Source: Vicugna vicugna (taxonomy: Eukaryota). Taken from it: a stretch of DNA of 64,000 bases. Positions within the stretch are counted from its first letter, which is position 1, and each line of letters begins with the position of its first letter. Below the pieces are notes generated by a model. The model ran no database searches, was not told where the DNA came from, and saw only the letters and a program-made list of their open reading frames with translations. The position numbers and the translations under genes were made by a program. The stretch is taken from assembly GCA_013265495.1 (NCBI GenBank), contig MU061423.1:2170001-2234000 (forward strand), given 5' to 3'. This document shows positions 37,161 through 51,151 of this stretch, piece after piece.

Positions 37161-40100
37161 ACATACACAAAATTAATACAGGTAATTGAATGGTCCAGTC
37201 TTACATTTGAGTTATAATGAAAAATCTTACTATCTTGTTATTTTTCTTATTGTATGAATGTGAAATTATTTACATGGCATTGGAGTAGTATGTAATTGTT
37301 TAATAGTCTACATCTGGCCTTCCCAGTTATGTTTATTTTTATTGCAAAAGCTATGCAGGGTCATTACTGGGGTTCTAGCACTTGGAGAGTTGGGTAGAGA
37401 ACGAGTCAAGGATAATAAAGGCAATTAAGGACAGTGTTTGTCAGTAGCTACCAGCAGTCTCCATGAATCCATTTACACAGTAACCTCAAACTACACCTCC
37501 TCAGGTACCGGGATACAGCGGCTTCTCAAAGCTGAGCTTCATGAAACCAGCCACTGCGAAGGACCTTCCATGGAAAGACCGTTTGGGGTTGAGGTTGTTG
37601 AATAAAACACCAACCTTTTGGGAAATGCATTTGGGAAAGACCCTGATTCATAAAATTAGAAACCACACTTGACATATTTATTATTTTAAGGTCTATCCCA
37701 GAGGGGAATCAAATCCAAGAGTACTTAATTTTATTAACTAAGATTCTAGAATTTGCTGCTAATCAGGGACCTTTAAAAACAGTTATAGAATTAAAGGTTC
37801 CACTTGAACTTCTTTCTTTCTTGTTTCCTTTTTCATCTGCTTTACCACACATGCTTTCTGAACCTATCAAATAGATCACATCAAGAGTATATTGAAGAAA
37901 TTTGTTCTCTTTTATCACAAATTTTTTTTTTTTACAGAAAGGACAGTTATAATTACTTTTTCAAAGTGGATTTGGCACTGAATATACTGAGGGTATAAGG
38001 AATATCCTGCTGAAGTTTTTACAAACAGAATGTTAAGCACATGCTGTGTAGTAATCAATTTAAAAACTTATTCTTCAGGTAGTAAGAAGCTAATTGGTCT
38101 CTTCAAAATATTACATCAATTTAATATGTTTAAATTAAAGATCTGGTCTGTGAAATCAGAAAACCAAATATCTGCACAATTGACATCATGTAGAATAAAA
38201 ACCTGAAAAAAATTAATACAAATTTCATTTTTTGTTTAAAAGTATATCATCTCTTAGTCATGACCTCAGATATGAAAACACTGCTTTATCTTCCTCTTGG
38301 AGCTAATCGCCAGATTTTAAGCATTTGAGTGTTTCTGGGCTTACAGTCTTTTCACTCTTCAAATAATTATTTCTGCATTTATTTTCTATCATAAACAATA
38401 AAGGTTACAAATTGCTTTGAATTGTTCAAATGAAACAATTTCCTAAATATGTGATCATAGGGTCACAGAACAAGGCAGTCATCAAAGTCCTGATGATGTT
38501 TCTAGACCACTTATCCCACATCTGTTGGCTCCAGTATTTTGTGTGCATTATTTCTAATAATTCTGGGACAGGAAAAATTATTACTTTTATCCACATGTTT
38601 ATTTACTTTATTTCATTTTTTCACATGCATATTTATATATCTCTTTTTTCTTCTAAGCATGCTGGAATAGGGTGATGGAAGGATGTGGTGGGCAAGCTTG
38701 GAGGGACTCAGGCCAAGTTAAATAAATCTGCATTAAAAAGAGGGAGATTGAGAGCTATGATAAAGAGCTGGGAAGATTTACAAACCATACTTGGCAAGAA
38801 ACAAAAGAGGAGAAAAATGATTTGGGAAAATATGGGAATAAAATACAGTGGGGAGTGCGATGTAAGCCTCTCCTCCCATTTCCCACACAAATTTTGAGTA
38901 AATCACTCTAGAGAATATGGTCAGAGTGAAGTCTTCAGTGTGAACGTGGAGAAGGGTGGAATTGGTACCCTGAACACAAACAGATGGTGCACAGACTGCT
39001 CTTATGGATGCACTGCAGTTCCTCTGAAGCCAAGTATTGACCTGACATCATAGAGGAATGGGTGGGGCTCTGAAAGACTCCACGATGTTCTCAGAGTCAC
39101 CTTCTTATCAAGCAGCAGAGTTGGAATTTGACTCAAGTCCTCTCCAGCTTCAAGGTCCACTTTATTTATGCTGATTATTACCTGTCCACTGAGAGACACT
39201 ATCCCCTAGACAGAGCTTTTAAGATTAATTCATCTTCTGCTCCCCAAAGCCTCCCAGTGCCCAGCACATCATAAATGTTTAGTAAAGCATTTGTCACTGA
39301 TTATAGATATAGATAACTCATGGTGGCACTAGACTGCGAGTTTCCTCTGCAAGGGCTGTCCTACTGTTCCACTTCCCACTGCATTCTCAGCATTTAGCCC
39401 CAGATCTGATACAGAAGAGATGCCAAATAAAATCTTTGAAGAATGAAATCTTGGATCACCAGTATCTAGCCTGCAAGTTCTTTCAATTCTTAACCATTTC
39501 TCTTGTCATTCATTTTCAAGGTGATAACTTTCTAATGGAATAGTCTAGGATGGTGGCTGTTCAGATTTTTAATACTGTTACAGTTATGCTCAGACTGAAT
39601 ACATCTGCAATCTACCTGTCTATTTGCACAATTTGCATTCCATGACAGACGTAATGAATAGCCATGGCTGAATTTTACAGCCGTGTTTCCTCATCAGCAT
39701 ATCCAGCAACTCTGAGCACTCTGAGCAAGGAGGATTTAGCAATAGATTGTGAACTCTTCACAATTTACTTCTTTTAAGGTGTACAATTTTTTTTTTTCAT
39801 AAAGATTATACTTCTAGGTCAAAATGTTTGAGGCTTTGCTGGATGCCTCATGGATTCTAACACTGGGCTCTTTCATTTGATTGCATGATTCATTTCAAAG
39901 GAAAGATTTCTGATTTCAGTCTGTGGCTTAGAGCCCTAGCCATCATCTCAGCATGGGCATATAGAACATAAATGCCATTTCCAGCATCATGTAACACAGC
40001 AGGGCAGAAGGAGCTTGCTGACAAATAAGCTTCCCTAGGAGCAAGACATGAAATAAAAACTTTCAGAATTTAAACGTAAGAGCTAGTTTTGTTTACCCTG

Positions 40101-40408
40101 AGGAGTTAATGAGATATATCCTATCACATTGATTCTTCCACTCTCATAACACCATGTACCCCTTCTAACACGAAAGGTGCAATTTCACAATTATTTGTAT
40201 GATGCTGTGATGAATGTCTGCCTCCCCCTACAAGACGATCAGATGCCTGACTCTAAGCTGTCATTATTGTTGATTGTTTGGTTCACTATTACATCTCCAT
40301 AGCCTAGCACAGGACTTAAGTACTCAATAAACATTGCTCAGTGAATAAAATGAATGACTCTACATTTGGAAGTGGACAGGGTCTGTTTCATAGAAGAAGC
40401 ATGAGCAG

Positions 40409-40594
40409 CAGTAGTTCTTAACTTGGCTCCAAATATAGCCCTAAGCCAGCAGAATCAGAATCACTGGGGACAGTTGATTAAAAGCAGAGTCTTGGGCTTG
40501 GAATCGGAATCTCTAGGGACGGTGGCGTGGCAATCTACCCTTTAATTACATACTCCCAGGAATCTTAGGCATACTGAAATTTGAAAACCCACTG
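40409..40594 (+). mobile_element. MER5A-like hAT element
   Basis: cagtagttcttaac..cagcagaatcagaatcactgggg..gaaatttgaaaacccactg. Confidence 0.7.
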
Positions 40595-42495
40595 CTACTT
40601 AGTTCTTTCATTTGATAGAGTCACACACTTCAAAGGGAAGATTTCCATTTTCAATCTGAGATTTAGAGCCCCGATGTTATTTGGTGCCTATCTATCAAAG
40701 GCAAATGCCACCAGAGAAAGTCAAGGCTTCACTCAACATTGTAGACTTGCCTTCCCCACGTGTTCCTTCTATTTGTCTGCTTCACTTTAAGACAGTGTGA
40801 GTTCTAACAGAAAGTCGTGCTTGAGATTCTGGAAGTCTCGGTCTCTTGGGACAGACATGCAATTCTTCTCATCATTCAGGAAGCACCAGGGACAAATTTT
40901 TCCAAGCCAAGTGTGTACGTTTGATGTGCAAAGCACACCTCTAATTAATCATCTTCCTCCTAGCTGGAACTCTTTCCCCAGCATTACTGCAAGCATGACT
41001 GAAGGTCCATTCTCACCTATTTTCCAAGGCATGTAAGATTCATATAAATGGCCTACTAATTTTGTCTCTGAGCTTCTTTCCCTAATTTGGTGCATTTGTT
41101 TATTTTTGTAAGATTATGAACTAGACACTTCACAATCAGGTAGCTGTAATGGGCAAAATGTTGACACATTTTGTAAGACATCTGGAGAGGGGAAAAGTGT
41201 TCATTTATTGAATTTGAATTATGAGAGGTGGGGATATTTCAAAAAAGAAAAATAACCATACTGCTTATAATTCGTGCTCCCGAACATGCTGGTTAATAGC
41301 CAGACCAAGTCAAATAACACTTTGTTCCCACTTGCTAGCAGTGAATTTCCAGCAGAGCCTGCTCTACAGAGTAAACCTAATGCAGTCTTCTATTCTCATT
41401 TACCGGTTTTGCTACATTTCAAGAGCATGTCTTCTTTTTTAGGGGGAAAGGTTGTTTTCATCTATCATGTTCTCCCTATGTAAAGACTAAAACAATTTTT
41501 GTCTTTTCTTCTCTGATCTTAAACGAAGCAATCTATTACTATTGCACAGACGAACCCTTTACACTTTAATGAATCCTCTATCTTAGAGGAACATGTTGTG
41601 TTTTATGTCTCAAAAGTAGTGGCAAAAAATGAACCTCAAAGGCAAATCCATCCAAATGTCTGTTGTAATGAGGGTGGGTTTAAACATTGCCATTCATCAA
41701 CATTAAAAAGCGATGTAACCGTTTGTAAAATTTACAGTTTTGAACTATCTCACCATTACCTGTCAAGCCCACTCTTTCGACACCTAGTCTTCGCAAGAGC
41801 TTTTCTTGTTGGAGACACTGCCTCCCTGGGACTGCCACGTTTCCCAGCCCCATGAATATTTGGAATGAGAATCTTTTTTCTTCTGGAAGTATTGTGCATA
41901 GAATGGGTGCCAGCCATAAATAACACTTTGTTGAAAGTGTGGACAGAGCCTTAGTTACATTAATACATCTCTGCCTCCCAATCAGGTGTCATATCTGGCA
42001 AAAAGAACTTGACTAGAATGAAGACATGGTCCAGGATGACTAAGCTAAAGGAAACCAGCTGTCACAGCAAAATTACCCAACACCAGATGGTAGTAACTGC
42101 CAAAAACCAAGGCGATATCTGTAGCAGGATGATTAATCCACCTCAGAAAGAGTGAAATGATTGGGTCAAGTATCCACTTCCTTTCTAATAGAAAAAGAGA
42201 AAAAGTACTTAGAATTTGTGCTACTTAGAGGAAATAAGAAAAATTCATATAAATATTTAAACGATATGTACTTCTTTTTCTCAAGACTTAAAATGCAAAG
42301 GTAAGGACACAACCTTAAAATGTTGAGATGATAACAGATCCAAATTAGCGCTGGATACGAACCCAAAGTGAGCCAGCACTTTTCACTGGATTGTCACCTG
42401 CAGCCAATACAAAGCATGGACTCTCCCTTTACCTCCAAAAGTCCCTTTCCCAGTTTCCTGCCCAGACCTTAGTCCCTGGTGACAGCTTGCCGCAC

Positions 42496-42688
42496 CAGAG
42501 GTTCTCAAAATGTGAGCCCTTTGCCAGTGGGAATTCCCAGGATCTCCTGGAAACTTATGGGAAACATAAAACTTCAAGTCCCACCCTAGACCTACTGAAG
42601 CAGAAAGTCTGGGGTAAAGCTTGCCAAATGGTGCTTAGAAGAGCCCTCCAGGTGGTTTTGATGTTCACTGAAGTTTAAGAACTACAGT
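42496..42688 (+). mobile_element. MER5A hAT element
   Basis: cagaggttctcaaaatgtg..ccaccctagacctactgaagcagaaa..agccctccaggtggttttgatg..agtttaagaactac. Confidence 0.85.
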
Positions 42689-43125
42689 GCCAGGCCATGT
42701 GTCGCTCTAACCTTAATTGCAATTTGTTTCATTTGCATTTAGGATTTTCTCATTCCATAAGCAGCATAGGGAAAGAGAGTGGATCTACCACCTAGGTGAC
42801 CAAGAGAAGGGTCCCACGATCAACCACTTTGGGGTGTTAAGGGTTGCAAAATGTAAACGTTCTGCTGTTTCTCCCCCTTTATTTTCTTGATTTTTTTCTG
42901 CAAGATTTTGGTGACATGTAGCTGCTTTCCTGAATTCACAGACCCACACATTCTCTATTTTTCTACTAGGCCTGATAATTTCCCCTCCTCCAATTTAATA
43001 AGATATTGTCTGCTTCTTTCCAGCAACTTCCAAGCAATTAATCCTTAGAATAATATTTCTATTATCATCTCTACACTTTCCTCCCATTACCCCATCTATT
43101 CATTTTATTATATACTTACTTACAG

Positions 43126-43310
43126 CAATAGTTCTCAGTTTTGGCACCATATTAGAATCACAAAGGGGAGCTTTAAAAAGAAAATCCCAATGCTTGGGAT
43201 GTAGTCCAAACTAATTAAATTGAAGTATTTGGGAATGGGGTCTAGGCATCAGTGCTGCTCTTTTTTTTTTAAGAGTTCTTAATTGTGCAGCCGGAGTTCA
43301 GAACCACTAT
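43126..43310 (-). mobile_element. MER5-family hAT element
   Basis: tagttctcagttttggcaccatattagaatcac..ggggtctaggcatcagt..gtgcagccggagttcagaaccacta. Confidence 0.7.
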
Positions 43311-44258
43311 ATTACAGCATATATATAGGTCCTACTTTAACGTCTTTATTCATCTTGGAAATTCAATTCAGGAAGTGGTTCTACAAACACCTGTGTGTCA
43401 AATACTCTTTTTAATTCATAAAACACATACAAAATCCATCTACTTGTTCAAAGAAAATGAACGACAGAATGCTTTCTTTCTTGGAATTTGATATTGACAG
43501 AAGTCGACAGTGCCTTATCTCAATGATAGTAGACTCCTGAAAATATACACACATGTATTTTTAGTAAAGGCCAATATTAAAAGAGGAGAAATAAAAAACT
43601 CATTCATAGACACAAAATTCTGGATTTTCTTCTTATATTTACAACTTGTTTCTAATGCAGATTAGCTTCAAAAGAAGGTCTGAAAGCTGAGTGATACAAT
43701 ATGTATATATCCTTTCATAAGAATGCAAAAGAAAAGAGGGAGCTATATGCTATGTGAGAACAGAATCTCAGACTTGAAGGAGAAAACGGCAGCTGCTTAT
43801 CTGAGAGTTAACAGATATCTACTTCCTGACCCTTCTCTACTGAGGCTTCTGTCAACTTTTAAGATCCATTTAAACATATATATATATAATGGAAAAGAGC
43901 TTTCATTCTTACCAATGCTTTTACACTGCATAAAATCCTGGGTAATCATGCCCAGAGGAACTCAAATATATAAAATGCAGAAACTCCAACCTTAATCATA
44001 TTATACAGGAAGTACAAGCAAGCAGAAGCAAAGACATGTTTTCCGCAGAAGAGAGTCTGACTCCAGTGGATTTATATTAAGAAACTGATACATTTAAAAG
44101 TAACGAAGGAACCCAAAGCATTTCTGTGGAAGTACAAAATTTATGCTTACTGAGCATACAGGATACTCTCATGATTATATAACTTGTTTGTGGTACAAAG
44201 GAGAAACACAAAGAATCCCAGAGTCACTCACCATAGCCCTTGCATTCACTGTCTGGTT

Positions 44259-44478
44259 CAGGGGCTGGCAAACATTTTCCGTAAAGAGGCACATAGTAAA
44301 TATTTTCTGCTTTTCAGATCATACAGATATACAACTCTGCCATTGTGGCACAGAAGTAACCACAGACAACATGGAAACCAGTGGGTGTGACTGGGTTCCA
44401 GTAAAACACATTTTACAAAAACCGGCACAAACTGGCCAGCTCTGGCTCACGGGGAGTCTATGAGCATGGCTGGCCCCT
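44259..44478 (+). mobile_element. MER58A hAT element
   Basis: caggggctggcaaacattttccgtaaagaggcacatagtaaatatt..caactctgccattgtggcacag..gggtgtgactgggttccagtaaaac. Confidence 0.88.
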
Positions 44479-44499
44479 AATCTAGGACATCATGTCTTT

Positions 44500-44890
44500 T
44501 CATGACCATTACAACTCATTTGCCTTAAAAGTCTCTGCTTCTACCCACCATTCTATGCTGGTGTGAGTTCAGTCAACAGGACCTTGAGTCTTCTCACACA
44601 AAGCATTCTTCCAAAGTAATCTCATCTCTTTCACCTTTTATGCTGATGACTCTAAAGTCATGATCCCCAGCATAAACCAGTCTCTTGAGATAAAGGCTTT
44701 CATAAGCTGAAGGCTTTACTTATTGTGCCAAATGCCTCCTCTGTACACCCATTTGGATGTTCCCTCAGCAACTCAAACTCAACATGCAAACCACTCTCTT
44801 CTGAAGCTATAAAACCTGCTCCTCGTTGTCTTTTCTACATAAAGAATAGCCCTCCCATTGACCCAGTTATCCAAGCTAGAGACGTGAAAA
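44500..44890 (+). mobile_element. L2 fragment
   Basis: tatgctgatgactctaaagtc..cagcaactcaaactcaacatg..cattgacccagttatccaagctaga. Confidence 0.65.
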
Positions 44891-46274
44891 TTAAAGGCCC
44901 ACAAGGCTGTGGCCATGGCTAGGTAAGATGTGGCAGATGTGTGCTCGGACTACTTTTCCATGCTAGGCAGCACCAAAAGCCATGAATGGCAACATGGATA
45001 GATCTCAAAAACCCAGTGCTGGAAGTGCCAAAGGCAAGAAAGCAAATATGTTCTGCGATGTAATACCATTTGTGTAATTTAAAACTCATTCAATAATAAA
45101 AACGGCACTGTCTATTTTTCAAAGATATGAAAATCCTCATTCATAAACTAAAAGCACTGAAGTGTTGGCCTTTGGAATGGATATTGGTGGGGTGGGGAGG
45201 AAATGGGGAATAATATCAACAAAATTAGAGAAGAAACTTGCCAGACCAATAACGATAGTTAGCCATCATGATTAATTCAATTCTCTGCACTTAAAAAAGT
45301 CTTTTTAAAATAGAAAAAGCATGTAATACAAGGCTGCAAATTCCTATGTGTCATTAAAATGGGTGAAATGAATGACTATTTGCCAATCATAATGTTTAAA
45401 AATTCGACAAAATTAAGGTTACATAATAACGGAAATTTAAACTACTTAGATCTTGATTTTTTCAAGTTACATGGCATAAACATTTGTTCATCTCATTATT
45501 AATGAAATCATTTCACCACAAATGAAGTTTTCTGGAGTTGACTAAAGAAGCCTGACTTCATGATGGTAGCCTGCCTCATGATACAAGTGTCTTTTAAATC
45601 TGCTGCTGTTATGAGCTGCCCAAACATGGGGCGGTATATCAAAGCACACACCACATTCAACAGTGCGTTATTCAACCAGACACGCACACACCATGACATC
45701 ATTGTGTAAGGCTGCTTTCGATGTATCACATAAAAGTTTATAAGCAGAAACTTGAGAGGGTTAGGTTGTCAGTTTCAATTTGGAAAAGTACTGATTGATC
45801 AAAATATAGATATATTACTTTTTATTCCCTGCAAAAATGTTTCAAAGTGAAAACAATACTCATTGCTGCTGACGGGAGCAGAAGCCAACTGACGGATGAT
45901 TAACTGGCCAATCTCTAAAGAGCGCCTTGGTGAAATTTTTGAACTTTATGCTGAGTGACACAAACTCTTGAAAAAACTAGGTGCTAAGGCTTTCTGATGA
46001 AAGCTGAATATATTAGATGTGAGAACAAGCCACAACTTTTATATCAATTCAAGCATGAAAAACAGCAAAAGGGTATTTTATTATATTTTTTAGTTTATTG
46101 TAAACTAAGGTATAGATTTTTAATTGGTTACTAAATTTTCACTTTTCCATTATAGTGGCATCATACAGAAAGATAGACCTAAATATAGTTTCTCCCCCGG
46201 ATGTTCAAAATCACTTTAATTCTGTTTCTCTCAAACCAATAAGCATATGCAAACCCAACATCAAAACTATTCTA

Positions 46275-46440
46275 AGACCTGCTGTATAGCTCAGGGAACT
46301 ATGTTCAATATCTTGCATTTACCTATAATGGAAAAGAATCTGAAAAAGGATATGTATATGTATAACTGAATCATTTTGCTGTACATCTGAAACTAACACA
46401 TCGTAAATCAACTATACTTCAATGAAAATAAATTTAAAAA
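46275..46440 (+). mobile_element. L1 3' tail
   Basis: gacctgctgtatagctcagggaactatgttcaata..gctgtacatctgaaactaacaca..actatacttcaatgaaaataaa. Confidence 0.88.
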
Positions 46441-48044
46441 AACCAAACCATTCTTAGGACAAAATGCAGAGTGAACAAATGCCATTTGAAGGCTTCTGTA
46501 TGTTCCCTTTCCCATTCTCTTTCTCACTCCCTTGTCCCCGCCTGACCACCACACAAGGTTTTCCTCACACCTGCCAACTTATTCCAGGCATGCCTCCTTC
46601 CTTTCCTTCATTCAGACATCCTGCTCTCTGTCTCAGAAGACAGTGTGCATAAGTGCTTTGCAAACTGCAAATCACTTTACAAGGCCTTTTGCATTATCTA
46701 CAGCGATCAATATTAAGTAGGCTAAAACAAATATTATTTATTTATAAGTAATAGAAAGTTTAATTTGAGTAAGTGAGAAGGAATTATTGAGAATGGGCTT
46801 CTGGTCTTTTATGTCTGGGTATATTGACAGCGATTGATATTAAGCTGATGAGTTGCTGCCTGTCCTAGCAACATCTGGATTTTCATCAAAGACAGGAACT
46901 CTAACCCAAAGGAATATAAAGATACCCATGCATGTCTCATGGTAAAATTCCAGACACTGTGCAGGTCTGAAAGAGACTTTGGGCTGGGAGGGAAGGGTTG
47001 GAGTGGAGATCGTCCTGGAAACACCATCTAAGTCAGCCACATGCCACACGGTACAGGCTGCCCCTCAACTCAGCCCAGGTTCCATAAATACTGGCCTGGC
47101 ATTCAAGAAAAAATCCAAAAATAAATGGTGACTATATAGATTCTAATTTGAAGTGTGTTGACAAGTTTCTGTGACTCTATATCCTATTTTGAACAGTCAA
47201 CATTTTGTCTTAAATCCCTGTCTTGTCAGATTTTATAACATGGGACTTCGCTATTAAAACTAATCTAGGTGGATATATATTACAGTGACTATGGTAGGCC
47301 ATCTGAATGTATATTTTACACCTTTAACTGAAGTTTGTTGCTGTTGTTTTAGGTTTTTTATTGTTATTTAATGATGGGGCTAAAATTATTCATGTTTTGA
47401 AATCTCAGTGGAAACGTGGCGAGCTGGGAACTTCTGGCTTTCATCCAAACTTTCAGAACAATGACACATGTTGACTCACTGGGGTCTTGTTACATCCAGT
47501 CTGGATTCTAAACTATGAATTCAAGCCAGTTTCCTCAACCTAAAGTGCTATTTCACCATATATGGGCAAAGAGTGTAATGGTTCTATTATAAACTTCTAG
47601 ACGAGGTCTAGACATTGAAAAGTTAAAAAAGCAATTTCTTTTCCTCTATACAAAGTTAAATCACCATATATTTGGTACACATTAAACTGGCAAGTTCATT
47701 TTAATATAATCCTATATGAGAGTTTGGGGACCTTTTTAAAAATAATGATGTTAAAATGCTTTTTCCCATCCCCACCCTTTTACTTTTCATAGGAGCAACC
47801 CAACAGGGCTGCTGGACCTTAGATGTGGATGGCTGTCTCTTTGTTTATCAAGTTAAAGGTGGAAACAATCCCATCTCTGTACTGGGTACCCTTTTAATTT
47901 CTGAGTCCTATCTTTTAGGGCAGAAATACGGGCTCAAAATAAAGTTAGTTTTCCCATGAGACAGAAGGAAGCACTTTTTCATGTCCTTAATCTGGGGATA
48001 CAATCCTGTGGACCTTTTCTGATATGATTCCTGTATAATAATTT

Positions 48045-48660
48045 TCTCAGTCACTTATTCAGCAAATACTTATTATTGAGTCCATTCTCTGTGTCAGGCA
48101 CTGAACTGGGTCCTGGAGGTACCGTGAAAAACAAGGTAAATATCATCCCTACCCTCATGGAGCTTACAGTCTAATGTCAGACTAACATTAAACAGTAACT
48201 ACACAAATATTAATTTAAATCACAACAAGGGTCATAAAGGGGGAAGAAAAATAAAGCGCTATTACAGTGCATACTAGGGGAATGTACTCTGATTTGGGGA
48301 ATCTGTGAAAAAATGAATTTCAGCTGAAGCTTGGGGATGGCCACAGACAGCAGGAAGAGTGTATCAGGCAGAGCACATTCAAAGGTCTGAGTTCGAGGTG
48401 AACTTGAGCTTTCAGGGGACAGAAAGAAGGCCACAGGGGTGAAGCACGGTGATGATGGGGTGAATGGGAGAAGCTGATGCTGGTGATGTAGGTAAGTGTT
48501 GGTTATTCAAGAATTCATAAATCATGCTCAGGATTCAAGTCTTTATCCCCAAACCATGCAGAAACAATGAAGGTTTTAAAGAGGAGACACAACCAGATCT
48601 TTAATTTATAACCTGGCTTCTATGTAAGAGAATAAACCAGAAGGAGCCAAAGGGGGGCGA
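48045..48660 (-). mobile_element. L2a 3' end
   Basis: tcacttattcagcaaatacttattattgag..tgtgtcaggcactgaactggg..ccctaccctcatggagcttacagtcta. Confidence 0.85.
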
Positions 48661-48679
48661 GAAGGCAACCAGCAGCCCG

Positions 48680-48880
48680 TTCTCTGTATTCATGGATCTG
48701 TTTCTGTTTTGTTATATTTATTCATTTATTTATTTATTTTTTAGATTCCACATATAAGTGAAAACTTAAAGTATTTATCTTTCTCTGACTGACTTATTTC
48801 ATGAAGCATAATACCCTTCAGGTCCATCCATGTTGTTGCAAATGGCAAATGTTCATTCTATTTTGCAACTGAGTATGTAT
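48680..48880 (-). mobile_element. L1 3' fragment
   Basis: ttttagattccacatataagtga..ttctctgactgacttatttc..ggtccatccatgttgttgcaaatggcaa. Confidence 0.85.
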
Positions 48881-48989
48881 ACAACACTTGTACACGTGTG
48901 AAAAAAATATGTACAAAAGGATGTTTGCTGCTATGCTGTTATTTTTAATAGCAAAGAAAAAGAAAAACAGTGAAATCATCTATGGCACT

Positions 48990-49562
48990 CAGAGTTATGG
49001 CAGGAAATGGAATCCACTTACGTAGATCAAGTTAATAAAGTGACTAACTTACAACGGGACTAGGATGAATGGATTGTCTCAAGAACTGATTGTCCACAAT
49101 TCTTCCCAATACTGCATTTAGTAATTTTAAGTTGGCATCTTGAAATCAGTCATTGTGGAAGTATTTACACCCATAGAAATACTAAAATACTAAAGCATTC
49201 TAGCCCATCACTGGTTGGGGAAACAGTGAGGATGGTGAGGCACAGAGACTAGCAACAGTGGGAAACCATTATCACCTCTAAAGGAAGGCCATATGGTACC
49301 AGAACTGGAGTAGGGGCATGGTGAAGGGGCTATCCATCAGGAACTACCTTTACAGAAGAGCTCAGTCACTTCCAGAAAATGCAGCTTAGAGAGGAAGGAA
49401 GTAGGAAAAACACCATGACTTCTTTCACATACCCCAAGTCTGCCATGCTTTCTATTGTCTACCTACACCCAGAAGCCAAGGTTCAGCCTCCCAGGGCATA
49501 GAGAAATACAGGAAAAGGCAGAGAATAATCTGTGAAGCAGGCAAACAGAAACTAACCAGTAC
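48990..49562 (-). mobile_element. LTR33-like ERVL LTR, with a probable MER63-like insert near 49060-49210
   Basis: Reverse complement starts tgtactggttagtttctgtttgcctgcttcacagattattctctgccttttcc..ccctgggaggctgaacc, as in LTR33. Confidence 0.6.
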
Positions 49563-50244
49563 ATTATTTAAATATCTGTCAAGACGGAATGAGTTATACA
49601 TGTGCAACAATCATTAAAAGGAAAGACTGCAGACACGAGGAGGAATGAGGTGGGCCTCTGTGTCATGACACAAAACTTTAAAAATGATTTTTTAAAAAAG
49701 TAAGTTACAGAAAAGCATACATTTTAATCTCATTTTTGTAAAGAGAAATATGTATACTTTTTTCATAGGTCAAACAAAACATCCAGAAAAGTATAGATGC
49801 CAAACTCTAAAGGTGATTTCCATTGGAAAATGAGGTTAATCAAAGGAAGATGGGGACTTGCACTTTTGACTTTACAGATTTCAGATGTGTTTGAATTTAT
49901 GGACATCTGTTATCTTTGTAATATATTTTTAACAAAGCAGTCTGTTAGTGAGTCTCTTTTCTTCTCAACAAAAGCATATGACATTGAGGTTGGTGATGCA
50001 TCAACGTTTGTCACCTAAAATGAATACTTTTCATTTCAGCTATTTTTTCCTTCCAGCTATTTTTTCCTTCACCTGAGGATTCTTCAAATTGTTTGATGGA
50101 ACATGGAGGCATCTGTAGACCTCACTGCTATTGGAATATCAGTGTAGACATGGCGGGATCATCAGCCAAGAGGTGTAGGTCAACTCCCAGAGGGACATTC
50201 TATGGGTCTTATGTGCAAATTTTCAGTGAAGAGGCAGAGGTATT

Positions 50245-50752
50245 CCCAGAATCTAAATACATTCAAGTTTTGCAAGTATTGTTGGCTTTGAAAGACTGAT
50301 TTCTTGCTTATATATCTAATAAGTGCAATGCTGAAAATTTAATCATGAACTGTAGCAATGGGCTTTAAGCTCTCAAGTACCAGTATAGATCCCTATGTAT
50401 TAATTTTGTTTTCATTTAGTAAAAGGAGGAAAATGCAGTGATAATTAGTGATATCTCAGTAATCCATCCTTGGAATTTTTTTGGCAAAAAATTTTTTGTT
50501 TAGAAAATTAAGGATTTTGAAAAATAATTCCCCCAAATACAAAATTATTTTACTGCCTAAAACAAATGAATCCTTTTTTCCTGATATTGAGTACACATAA
50601 ATAATCCCAAGTGGAGCTCTTTTTGGCATAAAGCTTGATTTTTTTTTAATAGAAAAGAAGGCCCAAGGATTGTTTATTAGATATATAAGCAAAAAATCAG
50701 TCTTTCAAAGCCAACAATACTTGCAAAACTTGAATATATTTAGATCTCTGGG
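50245..50752. repeat. Long inverted repeat: 78/79-bp arms, 351-bp spacer
   Basis: 50245-50322 versus the reverse complement of 50674-50752: 2 substitutions and 1 indel by hand alignment. Confidence 0.95.
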
Positions 50753-51151
50753 AGGCTGAATTATAATCAACACGGAAAAGAAAACATCACTAAAACATTC
50801 TCCTGACCAAAATACACACTCCACCCTTCAGCCACTTCCTCAGGCAAGCATGTGGACAGAAAACTATTTACCCTCCCTCGTCTGCTGGTTAACGAGTCAC
50901 CATAGCTAATTAGAGGAATCCAGGTCGAGTTTGCCCAACGTGTCAATGAGGTGTATTGTTAGCAGATGCCATGGACACCTATGATCATTCTATTATCATC
51001 CTATCTTCTGGAAGCATCATGAAAATGAAATCGTTCCTTCAGAGGTTTGTTGTTGAAATGCTATATAATGCAGAACAACTATGAAACACATTTACTGAAT
51101 AAATCAGGCAAATGAAAATAAAAGCTATCCTCAACGTTAAGAATTGGGGAG

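Noticed and set aside
14140-42738. Several octamer (ATGCAAAT/ATTTGCAT) matches
   Set aside because: An AT-rich 8-mer; a handful of hits is unsurprising in 64 kb of AT-rich DNA.
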